Source of the DNA: the human T2T-CHM13v2.0 reference genome, Homo sapiens
Assembly: GCF_009914755.1 (NCBI RefSeq)
Contig: NC_060928.1
Length of the DNA stretch: 64,000 nt
Reading direction: 5' to 3' (one strand)
Position numbers and translations under genes: made by a program. This document shows, piece after piece, positions 51,210-64,000 of the stretch. Position 1 is the stretch's first letter; each line of letters opens with the position of its first letter. The notes beneath the pieces are model-generated. The model did not search any database and was not told where the DNA came from. It was given only the letters and a program-made list of their open reading frames with translations.

Positions 51210-52030
51210 AAACTTTATTAGTATATTATTATACAAGTAATTCATGAATTTTTATAAAGATATCAGAGTACAGAAGTATGTAAAATAAAAAGTATGAACC
51301 TCGAACCCCTAACTTCACTGCCCACAGCAAATGCTGTAAGTGATTTATCATATATTTTTCTAGACTTTTCCTCATATATACAGAGTCATATATGGGGCAT
51401 CATATATATATATTTATTATATATATATACACACACATTTATGTTATGCACATGTAATGCATAAGATATTCATTTATTTAAAAATAGAAATATAGCTGTT
51501 ATGCAAAATGTTCTCTTAGATGCTTTTGTTATTTCAAAATTTATCTTAAATATCTTCTTCTGATAGTGTATATTTAATTCATTCTTTTCATCAGTCCCAT
51601 AGTAGTTTCTATATGCAAGGCCCACAATTTAGTTATTCAGTTTCTTATTCTGGGAATTTAACATTGCTTTCAGCTTTTTCATACTTTAAACATAGCTGCA
51701 GCAGACAGCATGGGCATACTTATTGATGCACTCGTGTTTGGTGGAGAATACATTTGTAAAAGTGGGATTACAAGGGAAATCATAAAATTTGTAATTAATA
51801 TTTTGTTAAATATTGCCAAAATACTCTAAAATGTAAGTGTTCTTTCTTATCTATGGTTATTTAAAGATAGGAGCTTGATATTTTCAGATAAACACTTTTT
51901 TTGGATTATAAAATAATGTATATTCATTGTAGAAATTTTAGAATTATATATGAGTGTTAAATGATAAGAAAAAAGCTTTATAATCCTACTATCTAGAAGT
52001 AAACACTATTGATATTTTTATACATTTAGC
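51210..52030 (-). mobile_element. L1ME-type relics
   Basis: ATACAAGTAATTCATGAAT...TACAGAAGTATGTAAAATAAAAAGT; TTGCTTTCAGCTTTTTCATACTTTAAACATAGCTGCAGCAGACAGC; AAAAGTGGGATTAC. Confidence 0.6.
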
Positions 52031-52319
52031 CGGCATTTCAAATTTTCCTTGCTGCTGCTGAGGGTTTTTTATGATTCCTGGAGGCCTACAATCCATTTAA
52101 CTCCTTATGTGTATAGGCATTTCTCTAGTTTTGGCTTAAAGTTACAACTTGGCTAAACCTCTTGAGTCTGACAGTTGACCAAACTTATTAAGCAGTTCGT
52201 GAACAGTTATTTACTTTATAGTCTATAAACATTGTGGGGATAACTAATCATAAACTACTAAATTATATAAATATTTAATAGTGATAATGACAACTTCAGG
52301 CTATTTCTCTAGAGAAATG

Positions 52320-53355
52320 CCGTACAGATACAATTCTTTTATGCTTTGTCAACTTCTGGGTGATCTCTGAGGGACCATATTTCTGCATTCATGCCTCCCA
52401 CACCCCTCTTGCCTAAGGACAGTCTCTGTCAGTCTCTTCTTTGGATGCCATTACCTCTTTCATATTTATCCTCTTTTTTGACAAGCCGTGCTCTTTTGAG
52501 ACTCTTGCCATCTGGCTCTCCAACCTTCTTTCCCATTTATTGCTGATGTGACTGATCTCCTTGTCATTTTCTTCATTAAGAAACATTCTAGCACCCGTCT
52601 CATAGCTTTTGTCTTGCCAAACCCTTAAACTTCTTTTCAGTGACTTCAAACAGCCATAATTTTAACATATTTCAGTTCTTTGGCTTAACCATCTCTAGTA
52701 GCCTCACCACTCTGCCATGATTTTCCTTGTTTTAGTCTGTTCTCATGCTGCTAATAAAGACATATCCGAGACTGGGTAATTGTAAAGGAAAAAGGTTTAA
52801 TTGACTCACAGTTCCACATGGCTAGGAGACCTCACAATCATGGTGGAAGACAAAGGAAGAGCAAGGGGATGTCTCACATGGCAGCAGACAAAGAGAGAAA
52901 AATGAGAGCCAAGTGAAAGGGAAACCTCTTATAAAACCATGAAATCTTGTGAGACTTGTTCCCTTACCAGGAGAACAGTATGGAGAAACTGCCTCCATGA
53001 TTCAGTTATCTCCCACAGGGTTCCCCCTAAAACACATGGGAATTATTGGAGCTACAATTCAAGACGAGATTTGGGTGGGGACACAGCCAAACCATATTAA
53101 TCCTAAATCTCATTATCACCAGATATTTTAATTTTCAAAACCACAAAAATCAGCGCTAACTTTCTGCCATCAGACTCCTATTCTTCCAACTCGCTTTCTC
53201 AGATATCCTCATAATGTCAATATTGTCAATACATTGATTTTCTTCTTTACCCATATTAGGTTCCTGGGTCATCCTTTTTCTTACAGCCTTGCAAGTACTC
53301 TCAGAAACCTTGCTTTTTATCCCTCAATCACAGCAGCCTGGCAAGATGCCTTACC
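52320..53355 (+). mobile_element. L2 internal fragment, split by a THE1 LTR
   Basis: Pyrimidine-rich L2-like sequence (TTCAGTGACTTCAAAC...TTCAGTTCTTTGGC; CCATCAGACTCCTATTCTTCCAACTC) on both sides of the LTR. Confidence 0.55.
52728..53099 (-). mobile_element. THE1B/C solo LTR
   Basis: TGTTTTAGTCTGTTCTCATGCTGCTAATAAAGACATA...GAGATTTGGGTGGGGACACAGCCAAACCATATTA; TSD TTCCT/ATCCT. Confidence 0.93.
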
Positions 53356-53489
53356 CTGTATCAAAAGTGATGTGTGAGAAGGAATCTGGCCAGTTCAGGC
53401 TCTGGTCCTGTCTCGTGCTTACTAGCTATATAACCTGTGGCAAGTCACTTCTTTAATCTAGGCTATAAATAAACTGTGGTGTTTGGACT

Positions 53490-53768
53490 AGGGCATCATA
53501 TTCTAAAACATAATAGATACTAGACCTGGATGTTAACATGAAAAAAAAGTTCCACAGTCAAATGAGTTTGGCAAACACAGCATATTTTTTCTTCTTGTAA
53601 ATCCACAGTGCATAATATCTTAAAGGCTCTGTGAATTCCTACAGGGGGAAAAATGATTTAACATTGTTTATCCTTGCATTTCTCAACCTATTTGCCTACT
53701 GAGCTTTTCACCCTTAATTCATATCTGCAGAACTTGAGTTCAATTAAACACACTTTGGGAAATACTGG
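53490..53768 (-). mobile_element. MER103C-like hAT MITE (within a MIR3 tail)
   Basis: GTTCCACAGTCAAATGAGTTTGGCAAACAC, TTAAAGGCTCTGTGAATTCCTACAG, ACACACTTTGGGAAATACTG. Confidence 0.7.
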
Positions 53769-54666
53769 GTCAGATTATCTTTAGCATTATTTACTTTTCA
53801 TTTTCAATTTTGTGATTCTATAACTTCACTTTATGTGCTTGTTTAGTCACTCTGAATGTCTGTGATAGGTATACTTCAGCATCTCCATAATTCAGTGAGA
53901 TGGATTTATGCAGCATATCACCCACAAGTAAAATAATGAAATAGTGCACTGATAGTGGTCCTTTTAAAAGAAGTATTCTCTTGAGATCAGCAGTATTTTA
54001 TCTGCTATGTGAGATAGAAAGAGAGAAACAATTGCTATGATTTATTAAGTACGGTGTGGCAAGTAATTCCTTATTCCATTGACGTTGCTCAGTGAAAAAG
54101 AAGATTTCTTTAAGACCTTCCTTCAAAGTCACTTGAATGAAAAGTAGATACATTTTTTTTTGCCACTGCATATATATAAGAATTGCTAACAGTTGCTTTG
54201 CATAATTTAGTGATTCTGATAGGTTGCCTGAGTAAAGTACAAGTTAAACAGATGCACGCAAGTACAGGATTGTAAAGTTCAAAGGAAATGCAAACTTGAT
54301 TAACAAAAGTCACTGTCAGAGACTAATTGTAATTCTGCAGCATATGAATCCTTGAATAACGTCCCCTAAAAGGTCAGCCAAAGTCCTGCTTCTGTCTACT
54401 ATTCCCTTGAAAAGAACTTTCAAATTTAGGTATTTCCTGACATCCTGAAACTCAAGAAAGCTATAAGACTTTTTTTTTTCTTTTGAAGTTTCTTTTACAA
54501 GTTTTACAGTGTGAGATTGGTGAGAATGATCATTGTGCCTGTCCTGGTCATTAAGTAATAAAATGATGTATCTTTTAATGAAGTTAACTAAGTGTACTAC
54601 ATGTAAATCATAGCTCTATAGATTGCATACATCTCTTTTGCTTGTTTACTGGATTCATTGTCTTGA

Positions 54667-55005
<339 letters not shown>

Positions 55006-56009
55006 TAAATATTTTAAAATTTGACCTTTAAAAAATATAGTATGTTAGTATATTAAAGATCCATGCCAATGTTATTAGTTATGGATTTAAAAATAATTAT
55101 GTTGGTTTTATTATAAATATGGGATATAATTTCCCAAGAGCATAGCAGAAATAATGAATTAGTACTTAGACATTTTTGTAGCTCTAATGATTAAATGATT
55201 GCTTCAGTAGTGCAATTTTTCAACTGTACATGATTAATGACTCTGAATAAGTAATTAAATTATATTTAATTTTGATAACTGTTATGATTAAATAATTACA
55301 TATTTTGTTATTTCCTTAAATTATTTGTTTTATTGGTTGTGATGTTGACTGAGTTCTCACTCACTTAATTGATTTTTGTTTTATAGAAAGTGTTTTGTAA
55401 GACAAACAAAAAACTCATGTTAACTTAATAGCAAAAGCTCTATGATTATTGCATGGGCAAGAATAAAAACTATGGTCCATGTACAAGGACAATTGCATAT
55501 ATATTATTAACTCATTAAGGAAATTGTACCTAGAATGTAGTCATTATTGGAGCTTTCTGAAAGGAAAGTTTCTGTGGCATATTACACTTTTCTGTTTCTT
55601 TTGTCCTCTTACAAAATGTTCAATATTTTGATAGTGACTTGAATAAAGATATCAAAGAGAATTTCTGTATATTTGTGGAGGACAATTATTTAGTAGCAAA
55701 ATATTTCATTTCAGAAGCAAATTCCAAAACTGGTCTAGACAGTCTATAAAATTTGCATGAGTTGTAGATTTTTGTCATCTCATCCTCTTCGATCCAAGAA
55801 TTTATTAGAAAAAATACCATGTTGGGGTGACGTGGGTTAGGACCAGCTCATGTTGATAAGATTGAAGGGTTTTTATTCATTTGTCAAACCTTTTCAAGGG
55901 CTTAGTACATTCGAGGCCCAGCTGCTCCTGCGCTCACGGCATGTATAATTAATAGCTGAAATAGATATAAACAAATTAGTGCGGTTCAAAAGTATAGATC
56001 CTCTGTCAG

Positions 56010-56197
56010 TGACTAGGCATACTGGTATGCACCTATAGTTCCACCTACTAGGGAGGCTGAGTTGGAAGGAACATTTAAGCCCAAATGTTCTAGTCCAGCC
56101 TGAGCAACTGGGTAACACGGTAACATATTGAGTCTCTCTCTCTCTCTCTCTCTTTCTCTCCCCCCACGCTCTCTCTCTCTGTCTGTCTCTGTCACAG

Positions 56198-56246
<49 letters not shown>
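56010..56246 (+). mobile_element. FLAM-type Alu monomer with a (CT)n(CA)n tail
   Basis: GCACCTATAGTTCCACCTACTAGGGAGGCTGAG...CCAGCCTGAGCAAC; flanked by CTCTGTCAG at 56001 and 56247. Confidence 0.8.
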
Positions 56247-56383
56247 CTCTGTCAGAAGTAGATGGCTTGTATGGGGGAGAAAATTAAAGTCGTTTTAACA
56301 TTGGGCATCACTTTAGAAGTTTGAGATTTCAGTAATCTTAACAAAATTTGATCATTGTGGTGGTGTCATAAAAAGCTAAGATG

Positions 56384-56700
56384 GGCCAGGTGGGGTGGCT
56401 CATGCCTGTAATGTCAGCACTTTGGGAGGCATAGGTGGGAAGATCACTTGAGGCCAGGAGTTTGAAACCAGCCTGGTCAACATAGCAAGACACTGTCTTT
56501 ACAAAAGAAAAATAGAAAAAAAAAAAAATAGCCAGACATGGTGGCTCATGACTATTGTCCCGGCTACTCTGAAGGCTGAGACAAGAGGACTGCATTAGCC
56601 CAGGAGCCCAGCAGTTTGAGACTGAAGTGAGCCGTGATTGTGTCACTGGACTCCAGCCTGGGCATCAAAGCCAGACCTGTCTCAAAAAAAAAAAAAAAAA
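56384..56700 (+). mobile_element. AluJ
   Basis: Full dimer; TSD AAAAGCTAAG(A/G)TG. Confidence 0.92.
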
Positions 56701-56744
56701 AAAAGCTAAGGTGAATCTACATTGTGTTAATAATTAATATTATC

Positions 56745-56910
56745 CTGAATAAGGCAGTTATTAGTGTTGGACAAAAAGGAATTTTAAAAATTAGTACCAT
56801 TTTTAGAGGTCTTAATTATGAAAAACTGTGACTGTGAGGTTCCAAACTGTGTCACATAAAGAAATATTAGCCTAAGGAAGAGAGTACTAGAGGGGGCATG
56901 ATACCTTTGC
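56745..56910 (+). mobile_element. L3/CR1 relic
   Basis: TCCAAACTGTGTCACATAAAGAA...TTAGCCTAAGGAAGAGAGTACTAGAGGGGGCATGATA resembles the CR1 3' ORF2 region. Confidence 0.5.
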
Positions 56911-59449
56911 TTAGATGTTAGCAAATGCCCTAGTCTGTGCTCTCACTATTAGAGCTTCTTGTAAGTGTCTAGAATGTTAGAGTTAAAACAACTTTCCTAG
57001 CACCTTAAATTACATACAGTGAGTGTGCTCAGAACCTTAAGTATCTTCACTGAATGTGAAACTTACCCTAGATTTGTAAAGATAATTGTTTCAAACTTTT
57101 TATGTGCCTTTCATTACACCAAAAGAAAATTTCTGGCTTTAGGAAAATTTTTAAAAAGAGGCATAGTTATTTTTTTTTCCTGCTACTAGATAGAGAGGTA
57201 TATTAAATTTGATTCCCCCCAGCGACTAAGTTCCTAGAGCTATAGGAAGGTACATTAGCTCTTTTAGGCCAGCAGGTATCATTAGATGCATTATGGATAT
57301 AATAGAGCACATTGTGTTATTAACACACCATCCTAGTATTCAGTATGTAATTCATGACTACTTAGAATGGTGTTTTGAACTATAGTCCTACAGTATGATG
57401 GCTAAATTCACCAAATTGAAGAAAGCAAATGCAATGTATGCCTACGTTAACCCCCCTTCCCTCTGGCCTCATATTTAAAGTCCTTGGAAAGTAATGACTC
57501 AATTCAAATGAAAGGGTCTATCACAGTGCTTTGCTTTTTATTAAGTTGGACCCTAGAAAACTGTGCATATGCTGTGAGAAAAAAATGTTGAAGTCCTGTA
57601 CTGTGCTCAAAATCAGAATCAAAAGAGAAGGATTAATCAGTATGATCCTTGGTGTCTGTTTTCATTTACTCACATTTTGTACATTTTATATCTGGAGAAT
57701 TTGCATTTACCTTACCACAATAAAATAAAAAGTCAGCTTGAGATCATTCTTAAAAAATATAATTAGAAAACGTCTATCTTTATTCTTTCTGAATCTATCT
57801 AAAAAGACTATATTCACATTTTTTTCTTCTCATTTCTTAAAACAGACTCTCTTAGTGAATGATTCCACCCCTAGTGAATCATTTCTTGTTCATCATTTAT
57901 TAAAGGCAGACAAGGTGACTTGTTAATGTTTCCTCATCATCTAAAACCAGAAAGCACCCTTGGATAATTTTAGCAGTTTTCAAACTTATAAGATAAACAA
58001 TATTATTTGAAAAAATAAAACGTAGATTACCAAAAGGAAGAAACTACATCAAATCAAACCCCCAAACCCAGAGACAGACGCTCTTTATTCTTATGTGCAC
58101 ATAAAAATGTTTTAATCAAAACGATCATAATATGATTATTTTCCTTTGTAGTTGATGCATTATTTTGATTATGTTTAAGGCACATATATTGAAATAATAA
58201 GGAGCATAATTTTTGAATGTATATTGAGACATTTGTTAATCTTTGTCTTTATTTAAGAAAAAAATCACAGTGTGCTTTTTTAACATTCTGTAATTATTCT
58301 TCCCTGAATACTTCAATGAGATCACGTAATAAATATTCTTTATTATTGCAAAGCAGAGTTGTGGGAAAAAACATGGCATATTCAAATGAGTATCCTAGTA
58401 GTAGTGCCAGAATAAATGTATAATCTTAACATACATTAACCAAACTTACATTCTTTGGAAGGTGGAAGCATAATTCTCAAATTAAATTTTTACAAGACAG
58501 AATTAAGGTTATTTAATTGGTGAAAATAGATTTCTACAATACAGCAAGCCTGAATGTGAGAAAAGGACTAGTCAAAGGTGTAAAATATAGTTGATATAAT
58601 AATGAATTTAAATACCTTAGTAAATCATGACTATACCACTTTATTAGACACTGTTTCATAAACTGGAAGACCTGACAATCTGATAAATCTGCCTTTTAAT
58701 ATTTAGTGGTTAATATTTTAAATAAATTATTTCTTTGTGTTTTACTGCAATAGTTAGCTAAATCTGTCTTGAGGAATGTGGAAATCTGAAGTCTTGCCAA
58801 AGAAATAATACAGTGTAAGTAAAGAATTCTGGAGTTGGACCTAAACAGTTAAAACTATTATTTTAACTGAGTTTTTTGGTGTATTTTCAGAAGTTTGAAT
58901 ATAGCAGTCAAGGGGATGTGGGAGGGGTAGTTATTTAAGACAAATATATTTAATTTAACTGCCTTGAAATATTTATCTTACTCCTAATAGTTAAGAACCA
59001 GCTATTGTTGAATAAGCAAATAATATTTTATAATAAGTTACTAGTTACCATGTGTAAAATTGGCAGGACTAGTTTTAAAAATAACAGAACATTTTGAATC
59101 TTGTGAAGTAGCAAAACTTCATAATAAATAGACTTTTATATTGGTGTTCAGAAATGTGTTCCATCAATATGTGGATTTATTTCCTTCGTAATTTTCAACA
59201 TTTAAAAAGTGTTCTCTGAAAAGCAGATAATAGTAATTTTTAAATGTTTTCATTCTACTGAGAACCATTATGTGTTTTTTACTTTAAAGGTAATTAAGTA
59301 TTTGGTCATTATTTTTCTGTGAATGATTTTACAAAATATAACAGCTCAACAATTACCCATGGTTATTTTAGCAATAAATCTCTCTTTCCTAAAGTGCTGC
59401 ACCACGATTACCTGTATAAAGCTCACCATAGTTTAAAACAGTATCCCTT

Positions 59450-59650
59450 TATAACTTTGATCAAGTCCAGACTCCTGGTTGCATTGTTACATGTAAGACT
59501 TTAGCTGCTTACCTCCTTTACCGCCTGTTAAATAGCATCCTATTAGTACCTGTGTTGTAGATTGTAGTGAAGATTAAATGAAATAATGCTCAATAAATAC
59601 TAGTACCTTTACATAAAGTAAGCACTCAATAACTGTTAGATGTCATTATT
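59450..59650 (+). mobile_element. MIR
   Basis: TAGTACCTGTGTTGTAGATTGTAGTGAAGATTAAATGAAATAATGC...GTAAGCACTCAATAACTGTTAG. Confidence 0.8.
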
Positions 59651-60799
59651 TTTCCATTAAACTGCGGGGCCTATAAAGCCTTCTTCTCTGTGATATTTAT
59701 CCCTGGCTCCTAAAATTGTACCTCGCCCATAGAAAATATTTGTTAAATGAATCAATAGATGAATGAATGACTATTTCATGGATGGCATTTCCATACCTTG
59801 ATCTTATTTGGTTTTCAGTTAGCCACTGAAAATATAAACATGCATTAATTCTTTTATTTATTCTACAAATACTTATTGAATAATCACGCAGAACAAGAAC
59901 ACTATTTAAGGTTATCATCTGGCCAGTGATATATTTCATTATTTGAAAGTTCATTAATTTCCCAAATATATATTGAACACTTACTAAGGACTAGGTGATG
60001 TAGATGATATTGTAGATTGAAAGCAGAGAAACAAATTCAAACATGTTGCTGATATCAGTTAGAGAAAATAATTGGAAATCTTGATATCCTTGAGCATAAA
60101 CCCATATATCTAATATTTTCAGTTAATATAGTACAGTCATTATTGTCCATTTTGGACTTTGAATTCTGTACAGAGGAATAGTTATGAAATAGAGAGTATA
60201 ATTTTTATGAAAACGTATGCCTCCCAAAAACATTCTGATGGAGGTTTTTTTTTTTTTTTTTTCTATCTGGGGAAATGTACATCTTGATAATAACTGTCTT
60301 TGCAGTAGTATAAATTTAAGAGCAGTGATATGGTGCTCTTTACGTTATCCCCAATTAGACACATACCTCACTTTATTGTGCATCACTTTATTCCACTTCA
60401 CAGATACCATGATTTTTGCAAATTGAAGATTTGGGACAATCCTTCATTGAACAAGTCTTTTGGTGCCAAACAAGTCTTTTGGTGCCATCTTTCCAGTGGC
60501 ATATACACACTTTATGTCCGTGTGTCACATTTTGGTAATTACTACAATATTTCAAACTTTAAAATTATTATATCTATTAGAGTGATCTGTGATCAGTTAT
60601 CTTTGATGTTACTACTGTTATTACTCTGGGGCATGATGAGCTGTGCCCATAAAACACAGCAGTGAACCTATTCGATAAATGTATGCATGTCCTGGCTGCT
60701 CCTTGAGCCGGCTGTTTTGTGTCATCTGTCTCCCTTCTTTTCCCCCCTCTGTGCCCTGAAACACAACAATTTTTAAATTACACCAATTAATAACCCTAC

Positions 60800-62150
60800 A
60801 ATGACCTCTAAGTGTTGAAGTGAAAGGAAGAATTGCACCTCACTTGAAATCAAAAGCTAGAAATGATTAAGCTTAGTGAGGAAGGCATGTCAAAGGTGAG
60901 ACAGGCTGAAAGCTAGGACTTTTGTCCCAGTTGGTCAGCTTTTGAATACACAGGAAAAGTTCTTGAAGAAAATTAAAAGTGCTGCTCCAGGGAACACATG
61001 AATGATAAGAAAGCAAAACAGCCTTTTTGCTGACATGAAGAAAATTTCAGTGGTTTGGATAGAAAATCAAGGCAGCCACAGTATTCCCTTAAGCCAAAGC
61101 CTAATCCAGGGGAAGGCCCTCACTCTCTTCAGTTCTGTGAAGGCTGAGAGATGTGAAGCAGCTGTAGAAGAAAAGTTTGAAACTAGCAGATAATGGTTCA
61201 TGTGGTTTAAGGAAAGAAGCCATCTCCATAACATAAAAGTACAAGGTGAAGTAGCAAGTGCTGATGTAGAAGCTGTAGCAAGTTATCCAGGAGATCTAGC
61301 TAAGATCATTGATGAAGGTGGCTACACAAAACAAAAGATTTTCAATGTGGACAACAACCTGCTATTGGAAGAAGATGCCATCTAAGACTTTCATAGCTAG
61401 AGAGGAAATTTCAGTGCCTGGCTTCAAAGCTTCAGAGGACAAGCTGACTTTCTCATTAGGGGCTAATGCAGCTGATGTCTTTAAGTTAAGCCAGTGCTCA
61501 CTTATCATTCCCAAGATTTTAGGGCCCTTAGGAATTATGCTAAATCTACTGTGCCTGTGCTATATAAATGGAACAACAAAGCCTGGATGACAGCACATCT
61601 GTTTACTGAGTATTTTAAGCCCACTGTTGAGACCTACTGCTCAGAAAAAAAAAAGAAAAAGAAAAAGAAAAAGAAGAAAAAATCCTTTTGAAATACTGAC
61701 AATGCACCCAGTCGCCCAAGAGCTGTGATGGAGATGTGTAAGAAGATTCATCTTGTTTTTATGCTTGCTAATGCAACATCCATTCTGCAGCCCAAGGATC
61801 AATTGAAGTGCAGTAATTTCAATTTCCAAATGTAATTATTTAAGAAATGTAATTCATAAGGCTATACCTGTGATAGACAGTAATTCCTCTGATGGATTCA
61901 GGCAAAGTAAATTGAAAACCTTCTAGAAAGGATTTACCATTCTAGATGCCACTAAGGAAATTTTGGATTCATGGGGAAATATCAAAATGTTAGCATTAAC
62001 AGGAGTTTGGAAGAAGTTGAGTCCAACCCTCATGGATGACTTTGAGTGACTCAAGACTTCAGTGGAGGAAGTAACTGCAAATGGGGTAGAAATAGCAAGA
62101 GAATTAGAATTACCAATGGAGATGGAAGATGTTACTGAATTGCTACAGTC
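60800..62150 (+). pseudogene. Decayed Tigger1 transposase (CENP-B/pogo-like HTH plus DDE)
   Basis: Fragments [64 protein letters not shown]...[16 protein letters not shown] and [23 protein letters not shown] are broken by stops and frameshifts. Confidence 0.9.
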
Positions 62151-62294
62151 TCCACCAGCCAAAAGATTATAACTTGCTGAAGGCTCAGATGATTGTTAGC
62201 ATTTTTAGCAATAAACTATTTTTAAATTAAGATATGTACTTTTTTTAGACATAAAATGCTATTGTACACTGAATAGACTACAGTAAACATAACC

Positions 62295-62584
62295 TTTTTT
62301 TTTTTTGAGATGAAATTTCACTCTGTCACCCAAGCTGGAGTGCAGTGGTGCGATCTCAGCTCACTGCAACGTCCATCTCCCAGGTTCAATTATCCTGCCT
62401 CAGCCTCCCGAGTAGCTGGGATTACAGGCACGCAACACCACCCCTGGCTAATTTTTGCATTTTTAGTAGAGACAGGGTCTCACCATGTTGGCCAGGCTGG
62501 TCTTGCACGCCTGACCTCAGGTGATCCACCCGCCTCGGCCTCCCAAAGTGCTGGGATTACAGGTGTGAGCCACTGTGCCCGGCC
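62295..62584 (-). mobile_element. AluSx inserted in Tigger1
   Basis: Full dimer; TSD AAACATAAC(C/T)TTT. Confidence 0.93.
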
Positions 62585-62716
62585 AAAACATAACTTTTAT
62601 ATACACTAGGAAATCAAAAAAATTTTGTGACTTGCTTTATCACAATATTCACTTGATTGTGGTGGTCTGGAACCTAACCTGCAGTATCTCCAAGGCCTGC
62701 CCATACTACTTTTGTA

Positions 62717-62795
62717 GTAGGTTGGTGCAAGAGTAATTGAAATTTTTCCATTACTTTCAGTGGCAACAGCCACAATTACTTTTGCACCAACCCAA
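62717..62795. mobile_element. MADE1 (Hsmar1 MITE)
   Basis: TAGGTTGGTGCAAGAGTAATTG...CAATTACTTTTGCACCAACCCAA with TA flanks. Confidence 0.93.
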
Positions 62796-63446
62796 TACAT
62801 CTAATGATTTGAGTGATAGATATGAATTGAAAATATTCCAAGTGTGCTAGTATCCAAACTTGCAGGTCAGTATGAATAGAAAGGAACTTAGTCTTTATAT
62901 CTATTTGGCCCGAGGTTCGAAAATCCTATGAAAGGGATCTTTTTGGCTCAGTTACCGTATCTTAGGGAGACAGGCCCAAGAATTTCCCAGAAGGAGGAGT
63001 TTGCTGTTGCTTTTGGCAAAGTGATCCAGGTAGTTTATATTGTCCTTTATTTGTGTGCTATTTTGAATAAGTAAATAAATAAGTCTGTATTTTTACATAT
63101 AAATATGTAGGTACACATATATTTATGTGTGTGTGCATATGTATACTCGCATATATATGCTATATATAGTTATATAATGTGTTTTATCACAATATTCACT
63201 TTATTGTGAATATATACATTTTACATACATATAAACACACATACACCCATTTTATACTCTTTCCATTTTTAAGACATTTTAATTTTAATTTTATGTTAAC
63301 AGTTGTTTCCATGGAATACATGTTTTAAAAGCCCATTTAGTTATTCAGAGCTTTGTACAGATGTGGATTTAAAAATACATATATGTAAAAAGGCTATTAG
63401 TCTGTTCTCTGTTTTATCTAAAAGAGGTGTTTTAATAGGTATCCCT

Positions 63447-63642
63447 TGTAGCTGGGACTACAGATGTGTACCACCACACCTGGCTAATTTTTTCTTTCAA
63501 TTTTTTTTTTTTTTTTTTTTTTTGTAGAAACGAGGTCTCACTATATTGCCTAGGCCAGTCTCTAACTCCTGGGCTCAAGTGATCCTCCTGCCTTGACCTC
63601 CCAAAGTGCTGACATTACAGGCATGGGTCACTGTACACATCC
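63447..63642 (-). mobile_element. AluJ, partial
   Basis: GTAGCTGGGACTACAG...CTCACTATATTGCCTAGGCC...GGGCTCAAGTGATCCTCC. Confidence 0.88.
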
Positions 63643-64000
63643 TAAGTGTTCTTTATTTTAAAATATTTCAGCTTCTACTCACCCCGAAATAGATGAACCA
63701 AACAGGGAAAAATTTTAGCATTTTTTATATGTAGATGATGGGCATAAATATGTGTGTTACATTTTTCTCTCCACTTTTCTAATTTGAATTTTTTAAGTAA
63801 TAAAATTTACCATACCATTTCCCTTACCATTTCTATTATCACAGATGGATTTAACATTCTCATTTTCATTTTTCTATGTGTACCCTATAGCCAGCAGTGC
63901 TTTGTATTTATTTCTCTTCTTTCCTTTCAGAAAAAAACATCATCTATAAATAATAACTCTAATACCAAACATTTACTGGTTGCTTACTATGTTCCGTGTA

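Larger units (their letters stand above)
60359..62703 (+). mobile_element. Tigger1 DNA transposon, near full length, with an internal deletion and an Alu insertion
   Basis: Left TIR region CATACCTCACTTTATTGTGCATCACTTTATT; right end GGTCTGGAACCTAACCTGCAGTATCTCCAAGG; transposase-like peptides in several frames. Confidence 0.95.

Noticed and set aside
60800-62150. Domesticated TIGD-like gene
   Set aside because: It has multiple stops, frameshifts, an A-tract expansion and a large deletion.

Overview
AT-rich primate (human-like) non-coding DNA, identified by Alu J/S/Y, THE1, LTR12, MADE1 and Tigger1 content. I find no credible multi-exon or long host CDS, no tRNA/rRNA/snRNA gene and no CRISPR array. 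The listed ORFs are almost all Alu, LTR, L1/L2, Tigger1 or microsatellite read-throughs, or random AT-rich frames. The window is a mosaic of interspersed repeats: about 15 Alus, a two-LTR THE1 provirus, solo ERV1/ERVL/MaLR LTRs, a near full-length Tigger1 with a decayed transposase, many Tigger/Charlie/mariner MITEs, and L1MC/L1ME, L2 and MIR relics. Several are nested 3-4 deep, and they are separated by multi-kb repeat-poor stretches. LTR orientation bias (8 of 10 on minus) suggests an intron of a plus-strand gene that I cannot name. The most unusual signal is a set of short-range templated copies of local sequence (about 240 bp, 26 bp, 23 bp); two of them sit at the centre of quasi-palindromic (TG/TA)...(TA/CA) microsatellites. 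Candidate cryptic splice sites and enhancer motif clusters are also noted. Repeat family names come from recalled consensus sequences, not a database search, so subfamily calls are approximate. I do not see evidence for a new protein-based system.
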